Below, piece after piece: positions 44,277-58,128 of a DNA stretch of 64,000 nt (position 1 is the stretch's first letter; every line of letters begins with the position of its first letter). The stretch spans positions 17,236,001 to 17,300,000 of the forward strand of contig OZ024750.1 in NCBI GenBank assembly GCA_964016885.1, read 5' to 3'. The position numbers and the translations under genes were made by a program. Below the pieces are notes generated by a model. That model made no database searches. It had not been told where the DNA came from and saw only the letters and a program-made list of their open reading frames with translations. Source of the DNA: Eledone cirrhosa (Eukaryota).

Positions 44277-45116
44277 TGTGGTAGAGGGGGTGATGGTGGT
44301 GGTGGTGGTTGTTCTGGTGTTGGTTTTGGTGGTGATGGTGGTAGTGGTGGTGGTAATGGGGGAGGGTGATGGTGGTAGTGGTTGTTCTAGTGGTGGTTTT
44401 GGTTGTTTTGGTGGTTTTCGATGGGAGTGGGAGAGTGTGGTAGGGGAGGTCCGTTTAGTGGGCGTTCTGGTGGTGGTGGTGGTGGTGGTGGTGGTGGTAG
44501 TAGTGGCGGTGGTTGTGGTGATGGTGGTGGTGGTGGTGTTGGTTTCGGTGATAGGTGGTAGTGGTGGTGGTAGTAGTGGCGTTGATGGTGCTGGTGCTGG
44601 TAGTGGAGGTGGTGGTTGTAGTGGAGGTGGTGGTACGGTGGTGGTGGTGGTGGTGGTTGTGGTGGTAGTGGTGATAATGGTGGTAGATGTAGTTATTGCT
44701 ACTGTGAAGGCGCGTGTCGTGTTGGTCAGTGGGTTTGTTTCACGATCGTAAAAACAAAAGTTCGAGTCCCAGCGGCCTATATATTCCACGATGCTTAAGT
44801 CCCCTCTGTTCTACCTGTGATTAAAAAAACCAGCTTTGTTAGACGTCGCCAAAATATTATGTTCACTCGTATGACCAATAAACTGCCCAGTTATCTATAA
44901 TACACACACAGGTATGTATATATGTGTGTATGTGGGTGGGTGTATATATATATATATATAGGTATGTTTATATATATACAGTATATATTCAGGGAGTGAT
45001 TCTGTCATTACCACCACAGTAGAGGTCCGACGAGCCAGGTCGATACAGATCGAACCTTGAACTGATCAATAACGAAACGCGTGTCATCAACCAATAAACG
45101 TCGTAATGAAGACATA

Positions 45117-45153
<37 letters not shown>

Positions 45154-45240
45154 ATATGTATATATATACACATATACATATATATTTATGTATATATAAA
45201 CATACGTATATACATACTTATATATATACACACACACATA

Positions 45241-45291
<51 letters not shown>

Positions 45292-45581
45292 GTATATATA
45301 TATATATACACATATACATATATATTTATGTATATATAAACATACGTATATACATACTTATATATATACACACACACATAACATATATATATATATATAT
45401 ATAATATGTATATATATATATATATACACATATACATATATATTTATGTATATATATAAACATACTTATATACATACTTATATATACACACACACATAAT
45501 ATATATATAAACAATACAAGTTTTTTCCCTTTCATAAATGTGTATCCATTGATAGAGACTTTACGAAACACACGCATGCAC

Positions 45582-45795
45582 ACATATACTTACATATACT
45601 TATATATACTTACATATACTTACATATACTTACATATACTTATATATACTTACATATACTTACATATACTTATATATACTTACATATACTTACATATACT
45701 TACATATACTTATATATACTTACATATACTTACATATACTTACATATACTTACATATACTTACATATACTTACATATACTTACATATACTTACAT
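45582..45795. repeat. (ACATATACTT)n decamer repeat
   Basis: ~21 consecutive TACATATACT/TATATATACT units. Confidence 0.95.
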
Positions 45796-46078
45796 AGCAG
45801 AAAACTGCCCGTTGGGCAGTAATTCTGTTAGTCACTAATAAACCGAATTTTCTTGATAAAATTGCAATTATTGATTAAGAAAAAAACAAAAAAAGAAGAA
45901 TTCTCTCAAATAATACGAAATTTCAATGAAGAAGAAAAGTTGTTAGTCATCATTGGAATAGTACTTATGACCCCTGGGGAGAGATTTAATCGGTTGGATA
46001 GAGTCAAGAGTCAAGGAGGTAACAGTTCCTATCGTCAAATTATCTGAGATAACGCCTCCATTTTTAAATCATCTCAAA

Positions 46079-47015
46079 TAATTGTTTCTACTTTAGGCAC
46101 AAGGCCAGCAATCACCCAGTGCATTACTGGTACTTTATTTTATCGACCCCGTAAGGATGAAAGGTAAAGTCAACCTCGGCGGGATTTGAACTCAGATCAT
46201 AAAGGGACGTAACTATGCTGGAAAGCATGGCGTCCGACCCTCTACCGATACTCCCAATCCATCGCCAAAATCATCTCAAATAATGGCCACCAAGATACGA
46301 CAAAAATGAAGTCAGGTTTGATGGGGTTTCTTAACAATTCGTCACAAGGCTTACAGACGACCGTATATTCTTTTAGCTGTTAAGAAGAACGTTGACAACC
46401 TGGCGATTTCTACCACATGGGAATTGGATGGTTTAATAATTGTTTCTATATTTGGCACAAGGCCAGCAATTACCTCGGTGGGATTTGAACTTAGACCGTA
46501 AAGGCCTGTAGCTCTATGCTGCAAAGCATGGCGTCCAACCTTCTAACGCTACAGCCAATCTAGTTAATGATTGTTTCTATTTTTGGCACAAGGCCAGCAA
46601 TTATCCCAGTGGTATTTTATTTTATCGACCCCGGAAGGATGAAAGGCAAAGCTCTACCTCGGCTGGATTTGAACTCAGGGCGTAACGGGCCGCAACTCCG
46701 TGTCGCTAAGCATAATGTCCGACGCTCTACCGATTCTGCGATGCTAAATTTCTCGTAAATTTGCCATTATAGTTACCGTGGTGCCGTACAAACAGTCTAT
46801 CTATTTCTACTTCCATCAAACATCAAATAATTGTTTCCACTTTTGGCACAAGGCCAGCAATTACCTCAGCGCATTACTGGTACTTTATTTTATCGATCCC
46901 CCGTAAGGATGAAAGGCAAAGCTAACCTCGGCAGGATTTGAACTCAGACCGTAAAGGGCCGTAACTCAATTCTGCAAAGCATGGTGTCCGACCCTCTACT
47001 GATACTGGCAATCCA
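46079..47015 (-). mobile_element. Cluster of four co-oriented tRNA-SINEs
   Basis: ATTGTTTC..TTTGGCACAAGGCCAGCAAT starts at ~46081, 46439, 46570, 46830, each followed by GGATTTGAACT. Confidence 0.88.
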
Positions 47016-47518
47016 GTTGATAATACTGCCGTATTAGAGAGGGTGAGAGGGATGGTGTGGGAAGAAGGGTAGAGATAGAGATGAATCTAGGAGGGAGGGA
47101 GATTGTGATAGAGGGTGGGATTAGGGTTAGGGTAGAAGAGGAGAGGGGAAAAGAAAAGCTGGGGGATAAGGGGGGGGAGGAAGAGAAGCGATTTTTCCGT
47201 GATTTAAGAGTATTCGGTTAATTTGTCTAAAAGGTAACGATTAATTTAAATCATTTTAGAAAATCTTAAGTATCATATCATGTGCGTATATGGGTGAGAG
47301 AGAAGGGGCGGAAGGGCGCATGCGCGTGCGTGTGTGGAGAGAGAAAGAGAGAGCGTGCGCGCGTGTGTGTGTGTGTATGTGCGTGTGCGTGTGCGTGTGC
47401 GTGTGCGTGTGCGTGTGTGTGTGTGTGTATGTGAAACAGTGTCTTCCTTCATTTATATTTTGAAAATAAAATTGAAAATAAAATAGCAATGTACGTTATA
47501 TATGAGGCTGAGATTATA

Positions 47519-47567
<49 letters not shown>

Positions 47568-47823
47568 CTGTGTGTGGTGTGTGCGTGTGTGTCTGTGTGT
47601 GTGTCTGTGTATGCATATATGTATACACACATATATATGTGTATAAGTCCGTTCGCATGTGTGTATGCATGTGAGAGTGTGTGCGTTCGCGTGCATGTGT
47701 GTGTATATATATATGTATTACATCATACAAGTTTTATTTGCTACACCTGTCGAAACCAAGATTAAACTTTTACTCGAGCAAACTGTCGCAGAAATTCTAC
47801 AACGTAATCATGTATGTGTTAGC

Positions 47824-47888
<65 letters not shown>

Positions 47889-48026
47889 CATATATATAGA
47901 CATATATATATATATATATATATATACAGACATATATATATATATATACAGACATATATATATATATATACAGACATATATATAGACATATATATATATA
48001 TATACAGACATATATATATATATAAA

Positions 48027-48064
<38 letters not shown>

Positions 48065-48377
48065 TATATATATACAGACATATATATATATATATAGACA
48101 TATATATATATATATATACAGACAAATATATATATTTATATATATATATATATACATATATATACATATACATATATTTATATATATATATATATATATA
48201 CAGACAAATATATATATTTATATATATATATACACATATATATACATATATATATACATATATATATATATACATATATATACATATATATACATATATA
48301 TATATACATATATATATATACATATATATACATATACATATATATACATATATATATATACATATATAGACATATAC

Positions 48378-48408
<31 letters not shown>

Positions 48409-48558
48409 CAATATAGACATATACATATATATACATATATATATATATATACATACATATACATATATATATACATATATACATATATATACATATATAT
48501 ACATATACATACATATACATACATATATATACATATACATATATATACATATATATAC

Positions 48559-48632
<74 letters not shown>

Positions 48633-48649
48633 TTATATGTGTGTGTATG

Positions 48650-48707
<58 letters not shown>

Positions 48708-49412
48708 ATGTGTAAGTCAGCGGGTAAAGGGGGATAGTTTATTGATTTATAAGCAGACTTAGTGAACCAATGCTGCTGTTTGTTGTTGTTGTTGTTGTTG
48801 TTGTTAGTGGGGCGATGGTGGTGAAGTGAGGTCAGTTGGTGCAAGTTGAGCAAGGGGAATCAGAGCCGCTCTACGTAACGAATGAAATCTATTGTGACAT
48901 TAGGGAATAATATATAACGAACGACTGGTTGGTATGTTTGTATATATGTATGCATATATATGTATCTATATATTTACGTGTGTATGTGCGTATGCCTCTA
49001 TATATATTTGTGTGTGTGTGTGTGTGTGTGTGTATGCATATATGTAGGTATGCAAAATGTAGAAGGATACATCAAAGCGTACAATACACTATAATGAAGA
49101 AATATATTAGTTTAACACTTCATATAGTAGAAAAGGAGTCTTAGCGTTTCGGATATTAGTGCTTCATCAGAAGATAGTATGAGAAATAGAAGAAAAATAG
49201 AAAAATAGAGTGTGAGAAAAGAAGTAACGAAAAACAAATTTTGGAGCAAAATACGTTTGTATTCAACCAACCATAAATTTATATCTGTATGGCTATCTTT
49301 TTATATATATCTATATATATATATATATAAAGGAAAAAAGTCAGGACCCCGACTAAGTATCGAGTTCTCTGATGCTTTATGGTCCACCTGGTTCCTTACC
49401 ACACTTCCTTCG

Positions 49413-49453
<41 letters not shown>

Positions 49454-49457
<4 letters not shown>

Positions 49458-49793
49458 AACAAGTAAGACCCCGACGGCTGAGCTCAAGCCGTTTAGACGG
49501 CTTGAGCTCAGCCGTCGGGGTCTTACTTGTTCCTATTACCCACTCTACTACCCTAAGTATTGAGTACTTTGGTGCGTTATGGTCCACCTGGTTCCTTACC
49601 ACATTTCCTTCGTTATCTAGCTCCTATCCCCGTAGTAGAGCACTTTCCGACCCTACCAGAATTAGCCGTCGAAACGGCTTGAGCTCAGCCATAGGGGTCT
49701 TACTTGTTCCTATTACCCACTCTACTACCCTAAGTATTGAGTACTTTGGTGCGTTATGGTCCACCTGGTTCCTTACCACATTTCCTTCGTTAT
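49454..49793 (+). mobile_element. Family B: inverted arm plus two tandem ~177-bp units
   Basis: TTGAGCTCAGCC at 49502 and 49679; inverted arm 49454-49493. Confidence 0.8.
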
Positions 49794-50004
49794 ATATATA
49801 TATATAGGAGTCGGTCGACTTTCGTCAAATCGGACCGAGGAAACAATGTTTCCGTTGATCTTTCCAATTGCCAATACTATCTATCGGTCGCAACTCCAGA
49901 TAGAAGGAACAACGTGAAATAAAGTGTCTTGCTCAAGGATATAACGCATCGGCTGATCCAGGAATGGAGCTCACAATCTCAGGATTGCGAATAAGGTTCA
50001 TCAA

Positions 50005-50357
50005 CTGATTTCTAATAAACATAGATTGACTAGATGTATCTTTTGCCATAGCAAGAATCTCCGTGTATGGAACGAATGTGTCCCAGCTTATTTTGAGTAT
50101 ATATGCCGGAGGCATATTTTGTGAGACTGCTCCAACATTTTAACATGCTGTGTGTGCAACGTCCATGTCTCGGATACAATAGTACAGAGAGTACGACTGA
50201 GACGTATACAGCAATCTTAGACTCCAATTTAATGTGACCTTGCAACCAGACTTTAATTTCTTGTCCACCATAGGCTTTTGCTGCTTTTCGTATACGAGGT
50301 ACGATTTCAGTATTCAATTTACCATCAGCTGGTATCCTACTGCCAAGGTATTCGTAT

Positions 50358-50358
<1 letters not shown>
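50005..50358 (-). pseudogene. RTE-clade LINE ORF fragment (post-RT region)
   Basis: YEYLGSRIPADGKLNTEIVPRIRKAAKAYG...KIAVYVSVVLSVLLY, ILKISWDTFVPYTEIL...IRNQL. Confidence 0.85.
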
Positions 50359-50419
<61 letters not shown>

Positions 50420-50456
50420 CTTATATATATATACATATATATAGGGCCTTATAAGG

Positions 50457-50510
<54 letters not shown>

Positions 50511-51022
50511 GTTATATGGTTATATTGATACATTTTTATGTGGATATAACAGAGTTAGATGTCTATGTATATGTATGTATATGTATAGACTTGTATGTCT
50601 TACTTCTCGTATTTATTTGTAATCTTTCCTCTAAGCAAACTAATGTACAGTATATATATATATATATATATATATATTTCTCCCCCCCCCCCGTTAGACC
50701 TGTGCGAAATTCTTTCCTTGCTCACATTTCAACCAGGTTTGATGGTCTTTTGTCTCTTGTTCACGATTTCACCGAGTTTATATTCATAGAGATCTGGGAC
50801 TTGTCTATTTCTTCTCACTTTCCGTTGCTTAAACCTTTTTGTTTGTTACCCTAACGTCCCCTTTATTTACGTGTCCCAACGACTTTTTTTAGCCGTTGTT
50901 CGCACCAACCTGAGGCATATGGCCCTTAAAGCGATGAAATGCCTGGGACGGTTGGAGGGTCACTGATGAAGGACTCACTTTTTCATATGCACCACCATTT
51001 GCAACGCGCAGCCATCATTATT

Positions 51023-51079
<57 letters not shown>

Positions 51080-51137
51080 AAGAAGAAATTAAAAGATCGA
51101 TGCATAGTTTTTTTGTTCTACAATATTACTCACCTCC

Positions 51138-51246
<109 letters not shown>

Positions 51247-51535
51247 TCTTTGAAGAAGTATATTTCTTTTAATTCATGTAACCCTACATTTAATTCTATT
51301 TTTGATAAAACTCTACGCAGAATAATTACACCTTTCTAATTCATTTTCTATAGAATCATATATTTTTGGTAACCTCTTGTGATTTAACACTCGCTATTGC
51401 TTATCTATACTTAGGCTCAACTATCTTTATATGTTCACAGTAATGTAAATTATAATTATTATGTTTTATGGCTATATATATTTTCATATGTACGCGGATG
51501 GTTGTATATGAACGTGCCTATATATATATATACAC

Positions 51536-51584
<49 letters not shown>

Positions 51585-51622
51585 TATAAATATATACATA
51601 TATACACATATAAATATCTATA

Positions 51623-51732
<110 letters not shown>

Positions 51733-51785
51733 GAGAGATTTATATGTGTATATATATATATATATATTGTATTATATTATATATG

Positions 51786-51854
<69 letters not shown>

Positions 51855-51868
51855 ATTTGTGTGTGTGT

Positions 51869-52120
51869 GAAGGCGCATGACTTAGTGGTTAGAGCATTGG
51901 GCTTGCAATCGAAAGGTTGTGAGTTCAATTATCGGACCGGGTGATGTGTTGTTTCCTTGAGCAAGACACTTTATTTCACATTGCTCCAGTTTACTCAGCT
52001 GTAGAAATTAGTACCAGCCTGCCCGCCCAGTCAGTGGGATGGCGTTATCTTATGGCTAAAACAGCATGACGTGCTGTGATCAGCGGCGCCGAATAGCGCC
52101 CGACAGACTGGTCGGTCAAG

Positions 52121-52125
<5 letters not shown>
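51869..52125 (+). mobile_element. tRNA-derived SINE, second family
   Basis: GGCGCATGACTTAGTGGTTAGAGC, GAGTTCAATT, CCTTGAGCAAGACACTTTA. Confidence 0.82.
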
Positions 52126-52163
<38 letters not shown>

Positions 52164-52178
52164 AGACTGTTTATATTG

Positions 52179-52244
52179 TATTTTGTCTGATGAAGGCATA
52201 CCATATTTTTAATATGATATCCCTGAAATATATATAATGAAATA
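52179..52244 (+). ncRNA. Type I hammerhead ribozyme, family D
   Basis: TATTTTGT-CTGATGA-AGG..CATATT-TTT-AATATG..CCT-GAAA-TATATA-TA-ATGAAATA. Confidence 0.72.
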
Positions 52245-52312
52245 AATATGGTTTTATAAATATAGTTTCCATTTATTTAATATCGTATATATATATATAT
52301 ATATATATGAAA

Positions 52313-52499
52313 ATCGTCAGGACCCCGACAGCTGAGCTCCGGCAGTTTCGAGAGTTTCGATGCGTTCAGCTGTCGAAACTGCCGGAGCTCAGCCGTCGGG
52401 ATCCTGACTCTTTTCCTATTGCCCTCTCTACTACTCATAGTATCTAGTACTCTGGTGCGTTATGGTCCACCTAGTTCCTTACCATACATCCTTCGTTAT
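52313..52499. mobile_element. Family B inverted-arm element
   Basis: GACCCCGACAGCTGAGCTCCGGCAGTTTCG ... CGAAACTGCCGGAGCTCAGCCGTCGGGATCC. Confidence 0.78.
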
Positions 52500-52519
52500 A
52501 TATATATATATTTTTTTAA

Positions 52520-52727
52520 TTTTTTTTTATTTTATAGAAGGAGCTTCTACAGGACTAGTACTGTTTCATTCAGATGAAATCTTCAGGAAGCTTTTCCTGA
52601 AGATTTCATCTGAATGAAACAGTACTAGTCCTGTAGAAGCTCCTTCTATAAAATAAAAAAATTTTACTCTGCCATGTATTGAGTACCTTACTTACTGTGG
52701 TTATACCCGACTCAACCAGGGACCTAC

Positions 52728-52730
<3 letters not shown>
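52520..52730. mobile_element. Family A inverted-arm element; HHRs 52542-52592 (-) and 52594-52638 (+)
   Basis: AGCTTC-CTGAAGA-T-TTC-ATCT-GAA-T-GAAA-CAG-TACTAGTC-CTG-TA-GAAGCT. Confidence 0.83.
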
Positions 52731-52809
<79 letters not shown>

Positions 52810-52811
52810 CC

Positions 52812-52955
52812 CATCTTTTTAGAAGAGCTTTAGAAAAAATGGAACTTAGGATTAAAGTAGCAGAAAAACCAAGAACTACCATATAATCCAGGATCAGTAG
52901 GACATAACCTTTTAGGAAAGACCCCTGCACTATATGTGTGTGTGTAATAAATAAT
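52812..52955 (+). pseudogene. Penelope-like element ORF remnant (RT to GIY-YIG linker)
   Basis: HLFRRALEKMELRIKVAEKPRTTI*SRISRT*PFRKDPCTICVC resembles the Cys-containing linker of Neptune-type PLEs (recognised by eye). Confidence 0.55.
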
Positions 52956-53063
52956 AGTGATTATTTTATGCCTGACACCGTCTGGACTGTTTAAAAATGA
53001 ATGGATGTTATAACCTGCTTTTAAATTCTTCTCTCTAAATGTCGCTTTCACATTTACCTTAAA

Positions 53064-53158
53064 TTATTCCTGATGAAGAAATGTAGAAAAGTAATTAATT
53101 AAATGAAATTATTGATAATGGATTGCTACTCATCATAATTGAAACGTGCGTAAGATAA
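53064..53158 (+). ncRNA. Degenerate type I hammerhead-like motif
   Basis: TTATTC-CTGATGA-[64 nt]-GAAAC-GTGC-GTA-AGATAA; weak stems I and II. Confidence 0.5.
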
Positions 53159-53225
53159 AAGAGAAGATGTTTTAAACCCTTAAAAGCCCTTGAACCTGTA
53201 CGGTATATATTATTTGTATTTAATC

Positions 53226-53296
53226 GATTCTGATGAGCTTACTCTAGCAGGAATGGAATATTCTTGTTAGTCTAGTGAAACGATCGTATAGCAATC
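53226..53296 (+). ncRNA. Type I hammerhead-like motif with damaged stem I
   Basis: CTGATGA-GCT..CTAGCAGGAAT/ATTCTTGTTAG..AGT-GAAAC-GATC-GTA; perfect ACGATCGT palindrome. Confidence 0.62.
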
Positions 53297-53481
53297 AAAT
53301 GATTTAATTTAAATCCATGTTAATCTTTGTTCTCCCCCACCTCTCTCTCTCTCTCCTCTCTCTCAGAGGGTTCTAAACCCCCACTGTCAGGCTAATATTT
53401 CTTTTGTCAAAAACAACGGTGAAAGCTTTTATTTCTAATTTCAAACTCGCTGGGTGTTTCAAACATACTTTCTTGTCATAA

Positions 53482-53592
<111 letters not shown>

Positions 53593-53649
53593 GAGAGAGG
53601 GGGAGAGAGAGAGAGAGAGGAGGGGAGAGAGAGAGAGAGAGAGAGAGAG

Positions 53650-53702
<53 letters not shown>

Positions 53703-54046
53703 CATGAATCAAAGTTCTGTTCAAACCATTTATTAGCTTACAATTGTTTCGTCCAATTGTTTCGTACTATATATATATATATATAAAAAAACATGAGAAG
53801 AATGAATACTGCGTGGTTGCACATGGGTTACATATAATAAAAATAGTCCTTCATCAGTGATTTTCCAACCTTCATTGGTATTTCATCGCTTTAAAAATCA
53901 GTTTCTTTTCTTTTACACCTCCAGTTAGTGCGAGCAATAGCTAAATAAAGCTATTGGGACAAGTAAATCGCGTAAAGCGAGCGAGACAAGTAAACAAACG
54001 TAGAAGGATAGCAACGCAAAGATTATATATATATATATATGGCTAT

Positions 54047-54080
<34 letters not shown>

Positions 54081-54349
54081 TAGGAACGAGTAGGACCCCG
54101 ACGGCTGAGCTCAAGCCGTTTCGTCGGCTAATTCTGGACTGGTGCGTTATGGTCCATCTGGTTCCTTACCATATTTCCTTCGTTGTATATAAATATGAAT
54201 ATATATATATATGCACCTGGTAATGACGGTTGCGAGAATGAATATTCAATACCATAGTATATTTTCTATTAATGCGAAGCTTTTTACTTAGGAGTTTCTC
54301 TTGTGAATACACAAGAGAAACTCCAGAGTAAGATTGGCCTTAATGAAGA

Positions 54350-54422
<73 letters not shown>

Positions 54423-54507
54423 GTAATAATAATAAATTTGAAGACTAAAATCCAAAGAGGGCTCGATAAGGATAAATATATATCAAATATATAAGAACCG
54501 TAGAGCA

Positions 54508-54644
54508 AATATTTATTAAAATAACAGATTAAAGTTTAAGCAAAGAATCGCTGCTTTCACCCTTAACGGATCTTCTGAAACTCAGAAGATCCCGTTAAGG
54601 GTGAAAGCATCGATTCTTTGCTTAAACTTTAATCTGTTATTTTA

Positions 54645-54652
<8 letters not shown>
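54508..54652. mobile_element. Inverted-arm element with degenerate HHR-like core (fragment also 40603-40656)
   Basis: ~140-bp palindrome; CAGAAGA-T-CCC-GTTAA-GGG-T-GAAAGCATCGATTC. Confidence 0.65.
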
Positions 54653-54712
<60 letters not shown>

Positions 54713-54751
54713 TATATATATATATATATATGCGTATATATATATATATGC

Positions 54752-54832
<81 letters not shown>

Positions 54833-54837
<5 letters not shown>

Positions 54838-54911
54838 GGTATCCCCCCAAAAATGTATACTCACTTTAACAGCATTCTGATAAATGTGTATACATTTTTC
54901 TGGGACATCCC

Positions 54912-54914
<3 letters not shown>
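54833..54914. mobile_element. ~80-bp Tc1/mariner-type MITE
   Basis: AGGGTATCCCCCCAAAAATGTATAC ... GTATACATTTTTCTGGGACATCCCG, TA flanks. Confidence 0.75.
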
Positions 54915-54943
<29 letters not shown>

Positions 54944-55084
54944 CGGTGTGTATGTGTGTGTTTGTGTAAAGATAAATATGTGACTCTTTGTCATGACACG
55001 GAATTACGAGGGGTTGAAAAGCACACACTTCACACATTCTTACATCCTTCCTCCACCTCCCTCCCCAGTCTCACTTCTCTAAAT

Positions 55085-55475
55085 TCTTCTTCTTCCTCTT
55101 CTTCTTTCTTCTTCTAAGACTTCTTTTTCTTCTTCTTCTTCTTCTTCTACTATTACTACTACTATTACTACTACTATTACTACTACTATTACTACTACTA
55201 CTATTACTACTATTACTACTACTAATATTATTACTATTGCTACTACTACTATTACTACTACTACTACTATTACTACTGCTATTACTACTACTACTACTAC
55301 TACTAATACTATTACTACTACTACTACTATTACTACTACTATTACTACTGCTATTACTACTACTACTATTACTACTACTACTACCACTACCACTACCACC
55401 ACTAACAACACTACTACTACTACCACTACTACTACTACTACCACCACCACCACTACTACTACTACTACTACCACC

Positions 55476-55507
<32 letters not shown>

Positions 55508-57860
55508 CACTACTACTACTACTACAACCGCTACTACTACTACTACAACCACTACTACTACAACCACTACTACTACTACTACAACCACTACTACTACTAC
55601 AACTACTACTACTACTACTACTACTACAACCACTACTACTACAACTACTACAACTACTACTACTACTACAACCACTACTACTACTACTACCACTACTACT
55701 ACCACTACTACTACCTTTTATTTTTCCTCNNNNNNNNNNNNNNNNNNNNNNNNNNNNNNNNNNNNNNNNNNNNNNNNNNNNNNNNNNNNNNNNNNNNNNN
55801 NNNNNNNNNNNNNNNNNNNNNNNNNNNNNNNNNNNNNNNNNNNNNNNNNNNNNNNNNNNNNNNNNNNNNNNNNNNNNNNNNNNNNNNNNNNNNNNNNNNN
55901 NNNNNNNNNNNNNNNNNNNNNNNNNNNNNACCACCACCACCACCACCACCACCACCAACACCGACATCACCACCAACACCACATCACCACCATCACCACC
56001 ACCAACACCACCACACCACCACACCACCACCAACACCACCACCACCCCACCACCACCACACCACCACCACCCCCACCATCACCACCAACACCACCATCAC
56101 CACCAACACCACCACCAACCACCACCACCACCACCACCACCACCACCACCACCACCAACACCACCATCACCACCACCACCACACCACCAACACCACCACC
56201 ACCACCCACCACCACCCACCAACACCCACCCCATCACCACCACACCACCACCACCTCACACCAACACCACCAACACCACCAACACCACCATCACCACCAT
56301 CACCACCACACCACCACACCACCACCACCACCACACCACCAACACCACCAACACCACCACACCACCACCACCACACCACCACCAACACCACCAACACCCA
56401 CCACACCCACCACCACCACCACACCACCAACACCACACACCACCACACCCACACCCAACACCACCAACACCACCATCACCCACCAACACCACCACCACCA
56501 CCACACCACCACCACACCCCACCAACACCACACCACCACCACCACCACCACCAACACCACACACACCAACACCACCACCACCACACCACCACCACCAACA
56601 CCACATCACCACCACCACCACCAACACCACCAACACCACCACCACCACCACCAACACCACCACCACCACCACACCACCAACACCACACCACCATCACCAC
56701 CACCACCACCACCAACACCACCACCACCACCACCACACCACCACCAACACCACCACACCACCACCACCACCACCCACCACCACCACCACCACCAACACCA
56801 CCACCAACACCACCACCACCACCACCACCAACACCACCACCACCACCACCAACACCACCACCACCACCACCAACACCACCACACCACCATCACCACCATC
56901 ACCACACCACCAACACCACCACCACACCACCACCCACCACCACACCACCATCACCACCATCACCACAACCAACACCACCAACACCACCACCACCACCACC
57001 ACCACCAACACCACCACCACCATCACCACCACCACCAACACCACCAACACCACCAACACCACCACCACCACCACCACCACCACCAACACCACCATCACCA
57101 CCATTACCACCACCAACACCACCAACACCACCAACACCACCACCACCACCAAGACCACCATCACCACCACCATCACCACCATCACCACCATCACCAATAA
57201 GACCACTATCACCACCAACATCACCACAAACACCACCATCACCACCAACACCACCACCACCACAAACACCACCAACACCACCAACACCACCACAAACACC
57301 ACCAACACCACCATCACCAACATCACCACCACCAACACCACCATCACCACCAACACCGACATCACCACCATCACCACCACCAACACCACCAACACCACCA
57401 CCACCACCACCACCACCAACACCACCATCACCACCATCACCACCACCAACACCACCACCACCAACACCACCACCACCATCACCACCACCACCACCACCAA
57501 CACCACCATCACCACCATCACCATCACCAACACCACCAACACCACCACCACCACCACCAACACCACCACCACCACCAACACCACCACCACCATCACCACC
57601 ATCACCACCACCAACACCACCAACACCACCAACACCACCACCATCACCACCACCACCAACACCACCAACACCACCACCACCACCACCACCACCACCACCA
57701 ACACCACCATCACCACCATCACCACCACCAACACCACCAACACCACCAACACCACCACCACCACCATCACCACCACCACCACCACCAACACCACCATCAC
57801 CACCACCATCATGGCCAAAACCAACACCAACACCACCGACAATATCGCCATCGCCACCAT
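55085..57860. repeat. Trinucleotide low-complexity block (CTT, CTA, CAC) around an assembly gap
   Basis: (CTT)n, then (CTA)n to ~55713, then (CAC/CAA/CAT)n from 55930. Confidence 0.95.
55730..55929. other. Scaffold gap, 200 N
   Basis: Run of N. Confidence 1.
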
Positions 57861-58059
57861 CAACAATACATTGGTGAATGTGCCCATGCATATGGATAGT
57901 TAATTTATGAATGGCTGCGTATACCTGTGTTGTGTGAGTGTTTGCGTGAGTATGCGTATATGCGTGTATGCATAAACGTATGTATGCGTAGATATACATA
58001 CATACTTTATCCCACATATATGTATAACTGTGCGCATGGATATATATATACATACATAC

Positions 58060-58128
<69 letters not shown>

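Noticed and set aside
45030-45092. CCGACGA...GAAACGCGTGTC HHR-like motif
   Set aside because: Position 4 altered and only a 3-bp stem I; likely a dead relic
55237-57903. 888-aa Leu/Thr/Pro-rich mucin-like ORF and overlapping long ORFs
   Set aside because: Trinucleotide repeats open in several frames and spanning an N gap
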